A stretch of DNA of 64,000 nucleotides from Chrysomallon squamiferum (Eukaryota > Animalia > Mollusca), in contig CM022674.1 of assembly GCA_012295275.1 (NCBI GenBank), forward strand, positions 6,944,001-7,008,000, written 5' to 3'. A program made the position numbers and the translations under genes. The first letter of the stretch is position 1, and every line of letters begins with the position of its first letter. Shown here piece by piece: positions 38,178 through 50,667 of the stretch. Under the pieces are notes generated by a model, which was not told the origin of the DNA, made no database searches, and saw only the letters and a program-made list of their open reading frames with translations.

Positions 38178-41100
38178 GTATGTATTTTTCAGTCTTATAT
38201 CTATTATAATGTTATGTTTGTGGCAGTTGTTGTTGTTGTTATTATTAAATTATTACTATAAATTGTATTAAATTATTGTTGTTGTTAATATTATTATTTA
38301 TATATTTTTATTGTGTTCAGGATGTGGTTTTTTTTAGATTGTTTTTTTTTTTTTCTCCTTCTCTTTTGTATTTTTATTTTCAGTTTCAGTTTTATAATAA
38401 TTTGTTAAAAATGTTATAATGTTAATTTTAATTATAAAAAACACCCAAAAACATGACTATGTTAGGCTAAAAATCAGTCAGTTCCAAGTTCTAATATTAC
38501 GTTTTCCTATTTTGTTTATCTCTTAATAAGCTAAGTGGATTAGTTAATCTGGCCATTTTGATGCGATTAATCTTTAACTTGCAAAATGCACTGAAAATTG
38601 TAAGATTTAAATTGAAAGTTTATTTATGATGTATAGCTTAACCATTTAATTTGAAGTACCTATATTTGTTATTTTAATTATTTTAACAGGACAGTATATA
38701 TCACTTAATCTTATTTTGAAAAGAGTCTTTTTGGGGTGGACTATTTTATTTATTCTGAACTTAATCCTTTTTTAACTGTATATAAAAAAAACAAATTCAA
38801 AAAAATTATTTTTATAGTCATTATTGTTGTTTATCTAAATATAATTATTTTGATTTTAAATTATTTATTTTATATATTTATTTTCGTATTTTTACTAATT
38901 TTCTGGTCTTGCTACTTTATTATATTATTTTTAATATTATGGCTTGAGGAAACAGATTATTTTTTTAGCTGAGGTTGAGAAAATTACATGTAGGTTTATC
39001 ATTCTTTCCAAACATAATTTTAAAATTTTATAAATTCACTTTATCAGGTTTTCATTTAATGTATATACATTTTTATATATATAGTTTTTATAATTACTAT
39101 TATTATTATTATATTTATTGTGGGTTTTTTGCAGGTGTAAGGCACACAAACATACGCTGTGATGCATGTAAAAAACAGGGTATTCAGGGAATGAGGTGGA
39201 AATGCACAAAGTGCAGAGACTTTGACCTTTGTACTCTGTGTTACATGGCTGACAAACATGACACCTCTCATTCCTTTCTCCGCATCGATACAGTTTCGTC
39301 AAAAGGGTATGATATTTAAAAGTATCTGCATCTCCACATACTGTTTAATATCTTCAAAACAGTAAGGGTATGATATTTAAAAGTATCTGCATCTCCACAT
39401 ACTGTTTAATACCTTCAAAACAGTAAAAGTATGATATTTAAAAGTATCTACATCTCTACATACTGGCTAATATCTTCAAAACAGTAAAAGTATGATATTT
39501 AAAAGTATCTGCATCTCTACATACTGGCTAATATCTTCAAAACAGTAAAAGTATGATATTTAAAAGTGTCTGCATCTCATTTTGCTAATACCTTCAAAAC
39601 ATTTTACTGTGACATTATATTCATATAAAATATTTTTAATAACTTAAGAATTATGAAATTGTAGGATATTTAAAGTATCTATATTGTCTTCTAATCTTTA
39701 TACAAAATTATTTTTAACATCTTTAAAATTATAAAAAAGTACGACATTTATAGTGTGTATTTTCATATATTTGTAAAAATATTTTTAATATCTTCAAAAC
39801 AATAAAGTGAAGGACATTTAAAGTGTCTGCATTTTCACATATTTGTAAAAACAATATCTTCAAAACTATAAAGTGTAGGATATTTAAAATTATCTGCATC
39901 TTCAGATATTGTTTATAAAAAAAAAAATATTTTTTTGTATCTTCAAAACTTTAAAAGTGTAGGATATATAAAAGGATCTACATCTTCACATGATATTGAT
40001 AAAAATATTTTTAATATCTTCTAAAATATACACATTTAGGATATTTAAAAATATCTGCATTTTGACATAATATTTATAAAAATATTCTTAATATTTTTAA
40101 AACTACAAAACTGAAGGGTATTTCAAAATGTATTTTTCATCATCTCTTTTAAACTTGATTAAATATTTCAAACTGATAAAATCTAATATAATTTGAATGA
40201 TGGTTTAACTATGTTCAAAAGGATATGGTAATTCAAATATTTCATGTGTGTTTCTTCACAGATAGATATTATTATTTAAATACAACATCAGATGGGTTCC
40301 AAGTTCATAAAAAACAAACTCTTATTCACTTATTACAAGCAAGGGGTTAAACCACCAATGGGAAAATATTATATGAAAATTAGGATAATAAAATAATTAT
40401 TGTAGATATATATTTTTATTATTTACTGACACATTTTTGTTTCAGTGCAAAGGTTTCAAAAAGGTTAAATTCTACAAAGACTCAAGCTTGGGGAATTTTC
40501 TGTGGAGCAAAATGTGTGAGAGGCCCTGACTGGGATTGGGGAAATCAGGATGGTAATTTAAAACAAATTTTTTTCTTTACTTTAATTTATCATTTTATGT
40601 TAATCTACAACAGAAAAAGTTAAATTCTCATTTTTGATGATAACAATATACATTTCTATTTTTATATTTTAAAACAGTTTGTAACTTTTTAATATGAAAC
40701 ACCAGAGATTAATTTTGAAAAAAAAAAAAAAAACTGTTTTTGTTCATATTATAATATGATAATATTCGAGTCAAATAGAATGAATTGTTATCTCTTAATG
40801 CTCATTAATTTATATCATCATAACCTCAGTGCTTAACCATGGAGTGTTTTATTTGTTATTAGCAACCAATCTTTGCTAAAGACAAAGTATAATTGCTACA
40901 CAGTAATTCACAAGGACTGCTGATATAGCCTGGCAAACAAGTAATACTGGTGAAAAGAAAGAAGTTAACTCTATGAATTATTTAAATCATGTGTTTCATT
41001 ATTTCAAAGATGTTTACAGAGGAAATTAAGCATGTAAATATTTGAAAACTCAGACTAAGTTTCATATTTTCTATTTGAGGTGGGGAGGGTAAGAGTGGAA

Positions 41101-43225
41101 AAGTGACAGACATTCGGGGCTGGGATTCTGAATCAGGTCGCAGTGTTGCCCATGTCACATGGTCTTCAGGGTCAACAAATGTCTACCGAGTGGGACACAA
41201 GGGCAAAGTGGATTTAAAGTACACCCAGCCGGGTGCTGGGATGATGTACTACAAGGATCACCTTCCAGTCTTAGGTACTTTGTTTGATGCTATCTCAACA
41301 ACTGTTGTTTCTTTTATTTTGTTTGATGCTATCTCAACAATTGTTGTTTTTTTTAGTTTGTTTGATGCTATCTCAACAATTGTTGTTTGTTTTAGTTTGT
41401 TTGATGCTATCTCAACAATTGTTGTTTCTTTTATTTTGTTTAATGCTATCTAAACAATTGTTGTTTCTTTTTTTACTTTGTTTAATGCTAAACAGTTGTA
41501 GCTATATAAATAATTTTTTTAAATAAATATATTTTTTATATTATTCAAGATCAGTTCTTACTGTGTTACACTACATAAATGTTTTTTTTCTTGGTTTTAT
41601 AATGTATAAACCATTGGTGTTTTTTTTTAATTTGTTTTAATTACATAAACCTTTCTTTTTTTTTTTTTTTATTTGCACCTCTATAAATTGTTGTTTGTAC
41701 TTTTATACTTTATTAACAATTGTTCTTTTACACCATAAATCCTTTTTTTCACTGTTTTATACTCTATTAACAATTTTTTTTAAAATTATTTTTGTTTTAT
41801 AAAAATATAAAAAATGTATGGTTCTTTTTCTTTATATTTTATAATCTTATTGTGTTTTCTTTATCTGGTTGTTGATTTATTGTTATTATTCTTCCTTTAA
41901 TATAGGAGAATTTGTAGATACGGCTGGACCAGGAATTCCATGTCACTTCAAGGTAGGGGACAAAGTAAGATGTGACCTTGATGTTGAAATTCTTAAACAA
42001 ATGCAAGAAGGACATGGGGGTTGGAATCCAAGAATGGGGGAGGTAAGTTTCTCATGCATAATTTGTTTTTCATGTTGTTACATAATAAACAGAAACATCT
42101 AAGATTTATTTTTTTATATCAATTTTTAATTATTTTTTTCAGTTTGATGATTGTTATTTACAGTTATTAACAGTTCAACAGTATTTGTGTTTTGTTTTTT
42201 CAGTATGTAGGTAAAGTAGGAACAGTCCATCGTATCACTGACCGGAGTGATGTCAGAGTTCAATATGACGGCTGTTCTAACAGATGGACATTTCATCCAG
42301 GAGCTTTAACAAAGGTAGATAACTCTAAACTCATCCAATCAACATTGAGCAGACGTATAGTGTCTTTATTGATGCTTATAATAGTCTGAAATGACATTTT
42401 AAAAATGACATGTAATAATTATGATGGGATATATAGTTAATAATATTTAAAAAAATTAAATAAACGGGCATCAGTGCTGATGTGATGATTGCAATAACAT
42501 GAAAGGTGAAAAATAACTTATTAAGTTCAGCCATTATTAATATTATGATGGTTTACATAATCATATAACAAATTTATATTTTAAAAAAAAAAAGAGAAGT
42601 TATTTGTTAAGGTATCTGGTAGAATTTGACTTTTGTAAAAGGAAAATTAATTTTTATTATCCTGATTTAAAAAAAAATTTCATTTATTTATTTATTTTTT
42701 ACTGTTATACTTTTAATTTCATTATTATTCTCATTTAGGACTATTTTTTTTTTTATTTATTTATTTATTTATTCTTATTCTTCTTATATTAATCTGATTA
42801 AGAACTGACTGACTGGTTTTTTGTTTCTTACTCTCTTTATTTATCTATTTATTTTTTCTTATTTCTTATTATTATTAATATTTTTATTCTGATTTAGAAT
42901 TGATTGATTGTCTTTGTTTGTTTCTTTGTGTTATTTACTTTATTATTATTAATGCTATTTGGTTAATACATATTGATTTAGAATTGATTCACTCTCTTTG
43001 TTTCTTTATCTATTTCTCTACTTATTTTTTTATGAAAGGTACATCTGTTTTCAAATGGTGATATTGTAAAGATTTCTGAAGATATTCACTTGGTGAAAGA
43101 GTTACAGAAAGACCATGGAGAGTGGACGGAGTCTATGAAAAGTGTATGTATAAATACGGTACTTTTCTTAAAATGTCTGATGAAAACTTTCAATTTATAA
43201 ATAAGAGGTGAAGAGAAAGAGAGAG

Positions 43226-43291
<66 letters not shown>

Positions 43292-46200
43292 GGAAAAGAT
43301 AGATGGAAAAATAAAATTACAGAGATAGAAGGAGAAAGAGAGATAGACACTGCAAAGATAAAGTTACAGGAACAGACAAATAGAAAGAATTTACAAAATA
43401 GAAATGGGAACTGGACAGTCCTAGACCTCATGACCCTAACAGTTACATCAAATATTATTTAGAAGTATACAAAAACTGAGCCATGTGTTACTGTTTCAGA
43501 CACTAGGAAAGGAAGGGAAGGTGTTAAAAGTGTACACAGATGGTGATCTAAGGGTGAATGTCCAAGGACAAACGTGGACGTTTAATCCACGCTGTTGCAC
43601 GCTGATGCCACATGGTGCACAAGAAATGAACAACACCATGGGAAGTAATCGACTTGAACGTCAAGAAGTGACTCGTGAGTTTGTCTTTATTTCACTGACA
43701 AGGACTTATAAACATTACGCTGACAAATCCTTAATGTTTAGAGTTGGAAAAACACATACTAAAAGTCTGTATATAGGATAAAAAAAATGTTCATCGATCT
43801 TTGAAGAAATTGGGTTACGTAAATTTTAAAAATTAATTTTTAGTCCTATTTGGTTAGTGATGTGTTTAGTTCCCCAGCATGCATGCAAACATAACATGCT
43901 CACACAGATGCACATATGAATTCTTGAGCTCAGAAATGTGCACTCATACAAGGTATGACAGTGTTTTTTTCTTTTTTCTAGTGAACTAAAAGTAAATAAC
44001 TATTGTAATTTTCTGGACACTGATAATTTAGTGTAAAAAATAGAGTTAATTTTTAAATTTCTATTTATTTATTTGTTTGTTACTGGGTTTTTTATATATA
44101 TAATTTTTATTTATTATTTTTACTTAGTTTTACTTATTTTTATTTATTTATTTATATTATGTTGTGTTGTATTGTATTGTATTGTATTGTATTAGACTAG
44201 ACTAGACTAGACTAGACTAGACTAGACTAGATTTGTTAGGTTAGGTTAGGTTAGGTTAGGTTAGGTTAGGTTAGGTTAGGTTTAGGTTTAGGTTTAGGTT
44301 TAGGGTTAGGTTTAGGGTTAGGTTTAGGTTAGGTTATGTTAGGTTACGTTAGGTTATGTTAGGTTACGTTAGGTTATGTTAGATTAGGTTATGTTAGGTT
44401 ATGTTAGGTTACGTTATGTTATGTTAGGTTACGTTATGTTAGGTTAGGTTAGGTTACGTTAGGTTACATTACGTTATGTTACATTTACTTATTTATTTTT
44501 GAAGCAACGTTGGCAGCACTTTTAGAACAGTTGGTTCAGCTGCAGACACCAGAGACTGGACCTGACAGACTGGTCCGCGAGGCTGCACAAGGACACGTTG
44601 ATGTAGTCCGGGACATCATTACAAAGTATCCAGACAAGGTAATAACAGTTGATTTTATAATTTGTTATTTTTTTTAATGTATTTTATATGTATTGCTTAT
44701 ATATACATACACTTGTATATATACATAAAATGTATGTATATATGCATTGCTTGTATATATACATACACATATACATACACACATACATATACATATTTTG
44801 TTACTGAAAAGCTACATTTTTAGAGATAGATGGCTAGATACAGCTTTTCCATTACAAAATTTCAGAATAGTAATTTTTATGTTTTTGTTCTGTGTTAATT
44901 TTTATACTGACTGCATTGAGAAGCCACCAAAAAGCTGTTTACTGTTTGTTGAAGTATTTATTCTGACTGTTAATTACAGGTTGATGAAAAGAGTTCAGGT
45001 AAAACAGCGATGCAGGTGGCAAGCCATCAAGGTCACCTTCAGATTGTGTCACTGCTGTTGTCAGCTGGAGCTAAACTTGAACTCCAGGATGAAGATGGAG
45101 ACACAGCCCTCCATTACTCTGCTTTTGGGTAATTATAAGTTTTATTTTGTTATCATAAACATAAAACATATTTGAATTTCTGAATTTCAATACACATAGA
45201 TATAGTTTTGAATTTTTCTGATAGATTTTTGGGGGTTGTTTAAGTTTTGGTGTTTATTGCGTCTTCATTCATATTTTATGCTTTTTTTTTTTTATGCTTT
45301 TTTTTTCCATTTCAGTTTTTGTCCATTTAATATATTTCAGTGTCTCTATTTTATAAATTTATTAATGTATATTTGCACTTCATAATTCTTTATGTATTTT
45401 ATTATTTTATTTCATTATTTATTTATTTGTTTATTCCTTTGTTTATATACAGCTTTATTTATATCTATATGTATATGTATATATTTATTTATTTCTGAAT
45501 TTTTTATTTACGTATTTATTTATTTATTAAGAAACCAGCCTCAAGTGATGGAGAAACTACTTCAACATGGAGCACAGATAAATGCTTTAAATCATGGAGG
45601 TTGTAGCACGCTTCACGTGGCAGTCAACAAACAACATGTGAGCTGTGTCAGAGCTCTACTCAGACACAAATGTAATGTTAACATACAGGTAGATACTTCA
45701 TTATTATTATTACTTTTTATTTTTTATTGTTAATATTTTTTTATTAGTAGATATTACTATTATTACTTATTATTATTATTACTATTATTAGTTTTTATTA
45801 TTACTATTATTATTATTATTACATTTTATTATTTTTATTATTTTTTTATTATTGTTAATATTTTTTAATTATTATTATAATTATTGTTACTATTATTAAT
45901 AGTTGTTATTTGTTATTATTAGTAATTATTATTATTATTATTATTTTAATCTTATAAACATAAATTACTGTATCTTATTTTATGGTAATTTACTTAATTC
46001 ATGTACACACACACATTAAGATTCATACATAGATTAATAAAATTAAAAATAGTTTAAATTAAAACCTAAAAGCACACAAAAACAAAGCAAATATGAACTG
46101 AAATTTACTGAGCATAATGGTTAAAAAAGAATGGACAACATTTCTTAATTATTTTCTGATTTATGATTAATATTTTTTAGTAATTGTTTTTTTCTCTCTG

Positions 46201-46897
46201 TCTCATTTGTTTCAAAGTCAGTAATGGAACTTGTATTAAATAATGTATGTAACAGCTAATTTTTATTAACAATATATGTTTTTAATATTTCTTTTTCTCT
46301 GTTATTTCTAAGTGAACAAGTGAAACTTGTAACAGATGATGTATGTGAAGTTTATTGTGCATTTTTTTAATATTTTTTTTCTCAGAAACTTGCATCAGTT
46401 AATGTGTATGATAGTTTATTGTGTGTTTTTATTTAACCAGGATGCTTATGGTGATACAGCGCTGCATGATGCTATAGGCAAAGAGAGTCACGACATTATA
46501 GAAATGTTGGTGTCATATCCAGGCATTGATTTCACACTGAAAAATAAACGAGGTTTTAATGTCCTCCATCATGCTGCTCTTAAAGGAAACAATTTGTAAG
46601 TGAATACCAAGTTTTTCTGTTGTGTTCATTTTATTTTGAAAATTTCTTCTGCAAAGATTTTTTCTGCAAAGTTTGTTTTTTCTGTTCATTTTATTTTGAA
46701 TTTTTTTAGATTTCTTTTGCAAAGTTTTTCTGTTATGTTCATTTTACTTTTTATATGTTTATTATTCACTGTTTATGTTGACATATTTGCCTATGTTGGT
46801 GCTTTCTCAGTCTCTCTTTTATTCCTTTTTCTTTTTAGCATTTCTTTTCTTTCTTTTTCACCATATTTTTCTTTTTCTATACTTTCATTCTTTGCTT

Positions 46898-46976
<79 letters not shown>

Positions 46977-49900
46977 GCAATTATATATTTGTATTTCATC
47001 CATGGGATAATATTTTTGTATCATGTATAATATATAATGCATTATCTTTATATTTCATAAGTGCATTGTTATGGTAATACTATTAAAACCACCATTAATT
47101 ACTTCCCATTTTATTATTATTATTTTTTTTTTACTACAGTAACTGGATACTTACTTAATTATTTAATTTCAATCAGACTGGAGTATTGCAAACAACAGAG
47201 ATGTTTTATTTTCAGTGCGACAGAAAGAATAATACAGCAAAGTCGACAGATTGTTGATGTGAAGAAGGACGATGGTTTCTCAAGTCTTCATCTAGCAGCT
47301 CTCAACGGCCACAAAGACGTTGCCCAGACGCTTCTACAAATCGTAAGTTTGTTTAACTATACTTTCTTACAAATAACAACAGTATTCAAGTTAGTTTTTA
47401 ATTTTTTTAATTTATTCTTTATTATTTTATTTTAAAAATTTATTTATTTATTATTTTTTCTTTATTTTCTTTATTATTTTTGATTTTACTTTATTTTATT
47501 ATTATTTTTAATTTATTTTTTTTTTCTTATTATTTTTTTGTTATTTTATTTCATTAAAATTTTTATTAATTTATTTTTTGAATTCTTTTTATTATTTTAT
47601 TATTATTTTATTTTTGCATTTATTTTATTTTATTTATTTATTTATTTATTTATTTATTATTTTTATCATTATTAATTGTTTTATTTTATTTTATTTTATT
47701 ATTATTATTAATTTTATTTTTTATTTCATTTCATTTCATTGTTACTATTTTCTGGAACTGTTTGCAGGGTCATGCTGATATTGATCTTAGGAACAATCGT
47801 CAGCAAACGCCATTGTTGTTGGCGGTTTCACAGGGCCACACTGCACTGATTGAGTTGATGGTGAGTCAGGGTGGCAATGTGAACGTTGCTGACGAGGATG
47901 GTGATACCTGTCTACACCTGGCATTAATGAGACAATCAGTTGCCACTGAGAAAGATTCATCTCCAATGCTTGATGCTGTAAGTCATTTTTAATAATAATA
48001 ATAATACAATAACTTTAATAGGCACTAGTCATAGTGTTATTACTATAATTATTAAAAAAAATGTGTGTATGTATATATATATATATATATATATATAATA
48101 GTAATAATAATCATAATAATAGTAATGAAAATATAATAATTAATAATTTGAATAGAGTATTACTAATCTTAACAGTAACTTAGAACTAATAAATACAATC
48201 ATTTTATTGGTAGTTATAATAATAATAATAATAATAATAATGAAAGTAATTATAGTACTCATAATTATAGTTATATAATTCCAAATGGATATATTTGTTA
48301 ATAAGGAACTTATGCTATGTAATAGTTTATATAATAAAAATGTTCTTCTATGATATAGTATTTTATACTAATTTAAGTGATCAGCAATTTTTGCATAATA
48401 TTTATGGTGTGTGTTGTCCTGCAAATTGTTATTATTTTTTTTATTACTGTTTTATTTCATTTTATTGATTTATTTTATTTTAATTTTATTTTATTATTTT
48501 TAATTTTTATTTATATACTTTTTTATTCTGTTTTATTATTATTTTTAATTTTCTTTTTATTCTATTTATTATTATTATTTTTTTTAATTGTTTATTTTAT
48601 TTTTATTTTACTATTATTCATTTACTTCTTCTTCTATTACTCAAAGGTATTAAATACTTTAATTTAATTTAACTTGTTACGCCAGATTCGAAATCAGCTG
48701 GGAATGACGGAAGATGAACATCAGACTGGAGCAGCCATTGCATGTTACCTCGCTCAGCAAGGAGCAAACCTTTATCACAAAAACCTGTCTGGTAAAACAC
48801 CCATTGACATCATCAGCGACCCCAAAGTGGAAGAGGCTGTACGGCAGTTTGCTGCTGCATAGTAAGTAACAACCACAACAACAACAACAACAATTATTTT
48901 TGACAAATAATATTTAATACTTTTATATTTCTTTTAAATAATATTTAACGTTTTTGTTATTCTATAATACAACAAATAATTGTTAATGTTTTTGCTTGCA
49001 GTTCATCGAGTAAAAAACCCGACGTTAATGTGCCTATGGTTGTGGAGACGAATGAGTGCGAAGTCTGTTGTCGAGAAAAAGCCACAGTGAAGTTTCAGCC
49101 CTGTGGTCATGTGATCCTGTGTTATGGATGTTGTTTGAAAAACTGGCAGATGGTGAAGTGTCTAAAGTGCAAGAAACCTGTTGCATCGAAACATCGTTCA
49201 GGTTAGTCTTTTGTTCCTAGCGATTTTTATTCTACACAGTCCCAAACATATGTATGTCATTATCAGCATCACATGTATCATGTATATTTAGTACATATAT
49301 TATTTTATATATTTTTTATCAGTATCACTATCATTATCTTTATTATTATTATTATCATTATTTTTACTATGAGTGTTGTTATCATCACTGTTTTTATTAT
49401 TATTATTATTATTTCTGGCAGTACTACTATTACTACTATTGTAATTTTTATCATCACTATATTTATTTTTATTAATAATGTTGTTATTATTTATTATTAC
49501 TGTTATTGTTATTATCATCACCATTACTATTACTATTATCATCTTCTCTAACTAATATTACCATTATCATCTTTTCTAACTAATATTACCATTATCATCA
49601 TCATTAGTATTACTATTATTAATATTAGTATTGCTGTTACATTATAGTTAATATTATTTTTGTAAGCATTATTATTATTAACATCATCATAATTATCATT
49701 ATTGTTGTTTTTATTATTGTTATAATGGTATTATAATTATTATCATCATCATCATCATTTTCATTATCATTATCATTATCATTATTTTTATTTTTATTAT
49801 CATTGTTGAAATTATTGTTATTGTTATTTAACAGATGGTGAACTGATCACCCAGTCCAGCCATTTAGACAGTGAAACTGAAGCTGAAGCTGCTTTTTTAA

Positions 49901-50073
49901 AGAAGAAAGTTATGGAACTCGAAAGTTCTCTCCTCTGTGCGGTTTGCATGGAGAGAAAGAAGGACACAGCATTTTTGTGTGGACATGCCGTCTGCACGAT
50001 TTGTGCGGAATCTTTGAAATATTGTCCATTCGACAGACGACCAATTGTACGAAAAATCCAGCTATATCAATAG
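37955..50073 (+). CDS. mib2: E3 ubiquitin ligase Mind bomb 2, whole gene span, 17 coding exons, about 923 aa
   Basis: MIB_HERC2 ([16 protein letters not shown]), ZZ finger, second MIB_HERC2, two REP repeats, ankyrin repeats and two RING fingers (MIB1 has three). All exons join in phase. Confidence 0.93.
39135..39306 (+). CDS. mib2: MIB2 exon 2 (ZZ zinc finger)
   Basis: [48 protein letters not shown]. Confidence 0.95.
39303..40135. repeat. 61-bp tandem repeat starting at the MIB2 exon 2 donor and decaying into the intron
   Basis: gtatgatatttaaaagt at 39307, 39368, 39429, 39490 and 39551, then degenerate copies. Confidence 0.95.
40446..40552 (+). CDS. mib2: MIB2 exon 3
   Basis: [35 protein letters not shown]. 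Confidence 0.95.
41080..41274 (+). CDS. mib2: MIB2 exon 4 (GAG acceptor)
   Basis: [28 protein letters not shown]...YYKDHLPVL. Confidence 0.92.
41279..41500. repeat. 39-bp tandem repeat (about 6 copies) right after the MIB2 exon 4 donor
   Basis: tttgtttgatgctatctcaacaattgttgttt units. Confidence 0.95.
41906..42042 (+). CDS. mib2: MIB2 exon 5 (REP repeat)
   Basis: [46 protein letters not shown]. Confidence 0.94.
42204..42314 (+). CDS. mib2: MIB2 exon 6
   Basis: [37 protein letters not shown]. Confidence 0.95.
43039..43143 (+). CDS. mib2: MIB2 exon 7
   Basis: [35 protein letters not shown]; AAG acceptor. Confidence 0.92.
43230..43288. repeat. (AG)n microsatellite
   Basis: Direct reading. 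Confidence 0.97.
43500..43674 (+). CDS. mib2: MIB2 exon 8
   Basis: [33 protein letters not shown]...QEVT; gtgagt donor. Confidence 0.94.
44160..44482. repeat. Compound pentamer microsatellite with telomere-like (TTAGG)n, TTTAGG and TTAGGG units
   Basis: (TATTG)n, then (ACTAG)n, then (TTAGG)n from 44236 with TTATG/TTACG variants. Confidence 0.95.
44505..44638 (+). CDS. mib2: MIB2 exon 9
   Basis: [45 protein letters not shown]. Confidence 0.92.
44980..45128 (+). CDS. mib2: MIB2 exon 10 (ankyrin)
   Basis: [50 protein letters not shown]. Confidence 0.95.
45532..45688 (+). CDS. mib2: MIB2 exon 11 (ankyrin)
   Basis: [52 protein letters not shown]. Confidence 0.94.
46441..46595 (+). CDS. mib2: MIB2 exon 12 (ankyrin)
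   Basis: [23 protein letters not shown]...[17 protein letters not shown]. Confidence 0.95.
46900..46972. repeat. (CT)n microsatellite
   Basis: Direct reading. Confidence 0.97.
47216..47342 (+). CDS. mib2: MIB2 exon 13 (ankyrin)
   Basis: [42 protein letters not shown]. Confidence 0.95.
47768..47977 (+). CDS. mib2: MIB2 exon 14 (ankyrin)
   Basis: [32 protein letters not shown]...[12 protein letters not shown]. Confidence 0.95.
48686..48861 (+). CDS. mib2: MIB2 exon 15
   Basis: [41 protein letters not shown]...QFAAA; TA|gtaagt. Confidence 0.93.
49002..49201 (+). CDS. mib2: MIB2 exon 16 (RING 1)
   Basis: [43 protein letters not shown]. Confidence 0.92.
49835..50073 (+). CDS. mib2: MIB2 terminal exon (coiled coil and RING 2)
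   Basis: [59 protein letters not shown]. Confidence 0.93.
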
Positions 50074-50636
50074 AAAGAAAGAAAAAGAAAAACCCCCTAA
50101 CATTTAAAATCTTAATTATTTTTACTATCATTAAATAAAACTTTAAAAAACAATGCACATTAAGAATGGTTGTGTCATTATTTTAATCAGATAATATAAA
50201 TCAGTAACTTTTTTTTTTTTAAATTTACAATAAACTGCTGAGGTAATTTTGTAAATATATATATTTTTTTAACTAATTTTGTTAAGCTTTGATTGGTTTT
50301 TAGAATGATACTGCAACAAAATATTTTAAAATACGAGTGAGTAGTTAATTTATTGTTTTACAAAATCTGAAAACGTCATTGGTCTTCTTAGTACAATTTG
50401 TTTTTGATCATAAAAAACATTGAAGACTACAACCGTGTTATAATAAACTAAAAAACTCAGAGGAAAATATGACAGAATTTTATGAAATATTCTTAATATT
50501 AAACTGACTGGAAAACTTTGTTAATATTTTAAATGTAGAATTTCTGTTACCTAACCCACTAAAATCATGATAGAAATAACTAGCTGATTTCAGTGTTGTG
50601 AATATATATAAAAGGCTTGGAATTTCTTTGAACTAT

Positions 50637-50667
<31 letters not shown>

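Noticed and set aside
39303-39605. Regularly spaced repeats that could suggest a CRISPR array
   Set aside because: The units are contiguous with no unique spacers, lie in a eukaryotic intron, and have no cas genes nearby.
44236-44340. (TTAGG)n as a chromosome end or as evidence of an arthropod host
   Set aside because: It is intronic, short and grades into other pentamers, so it is not diagnostic.
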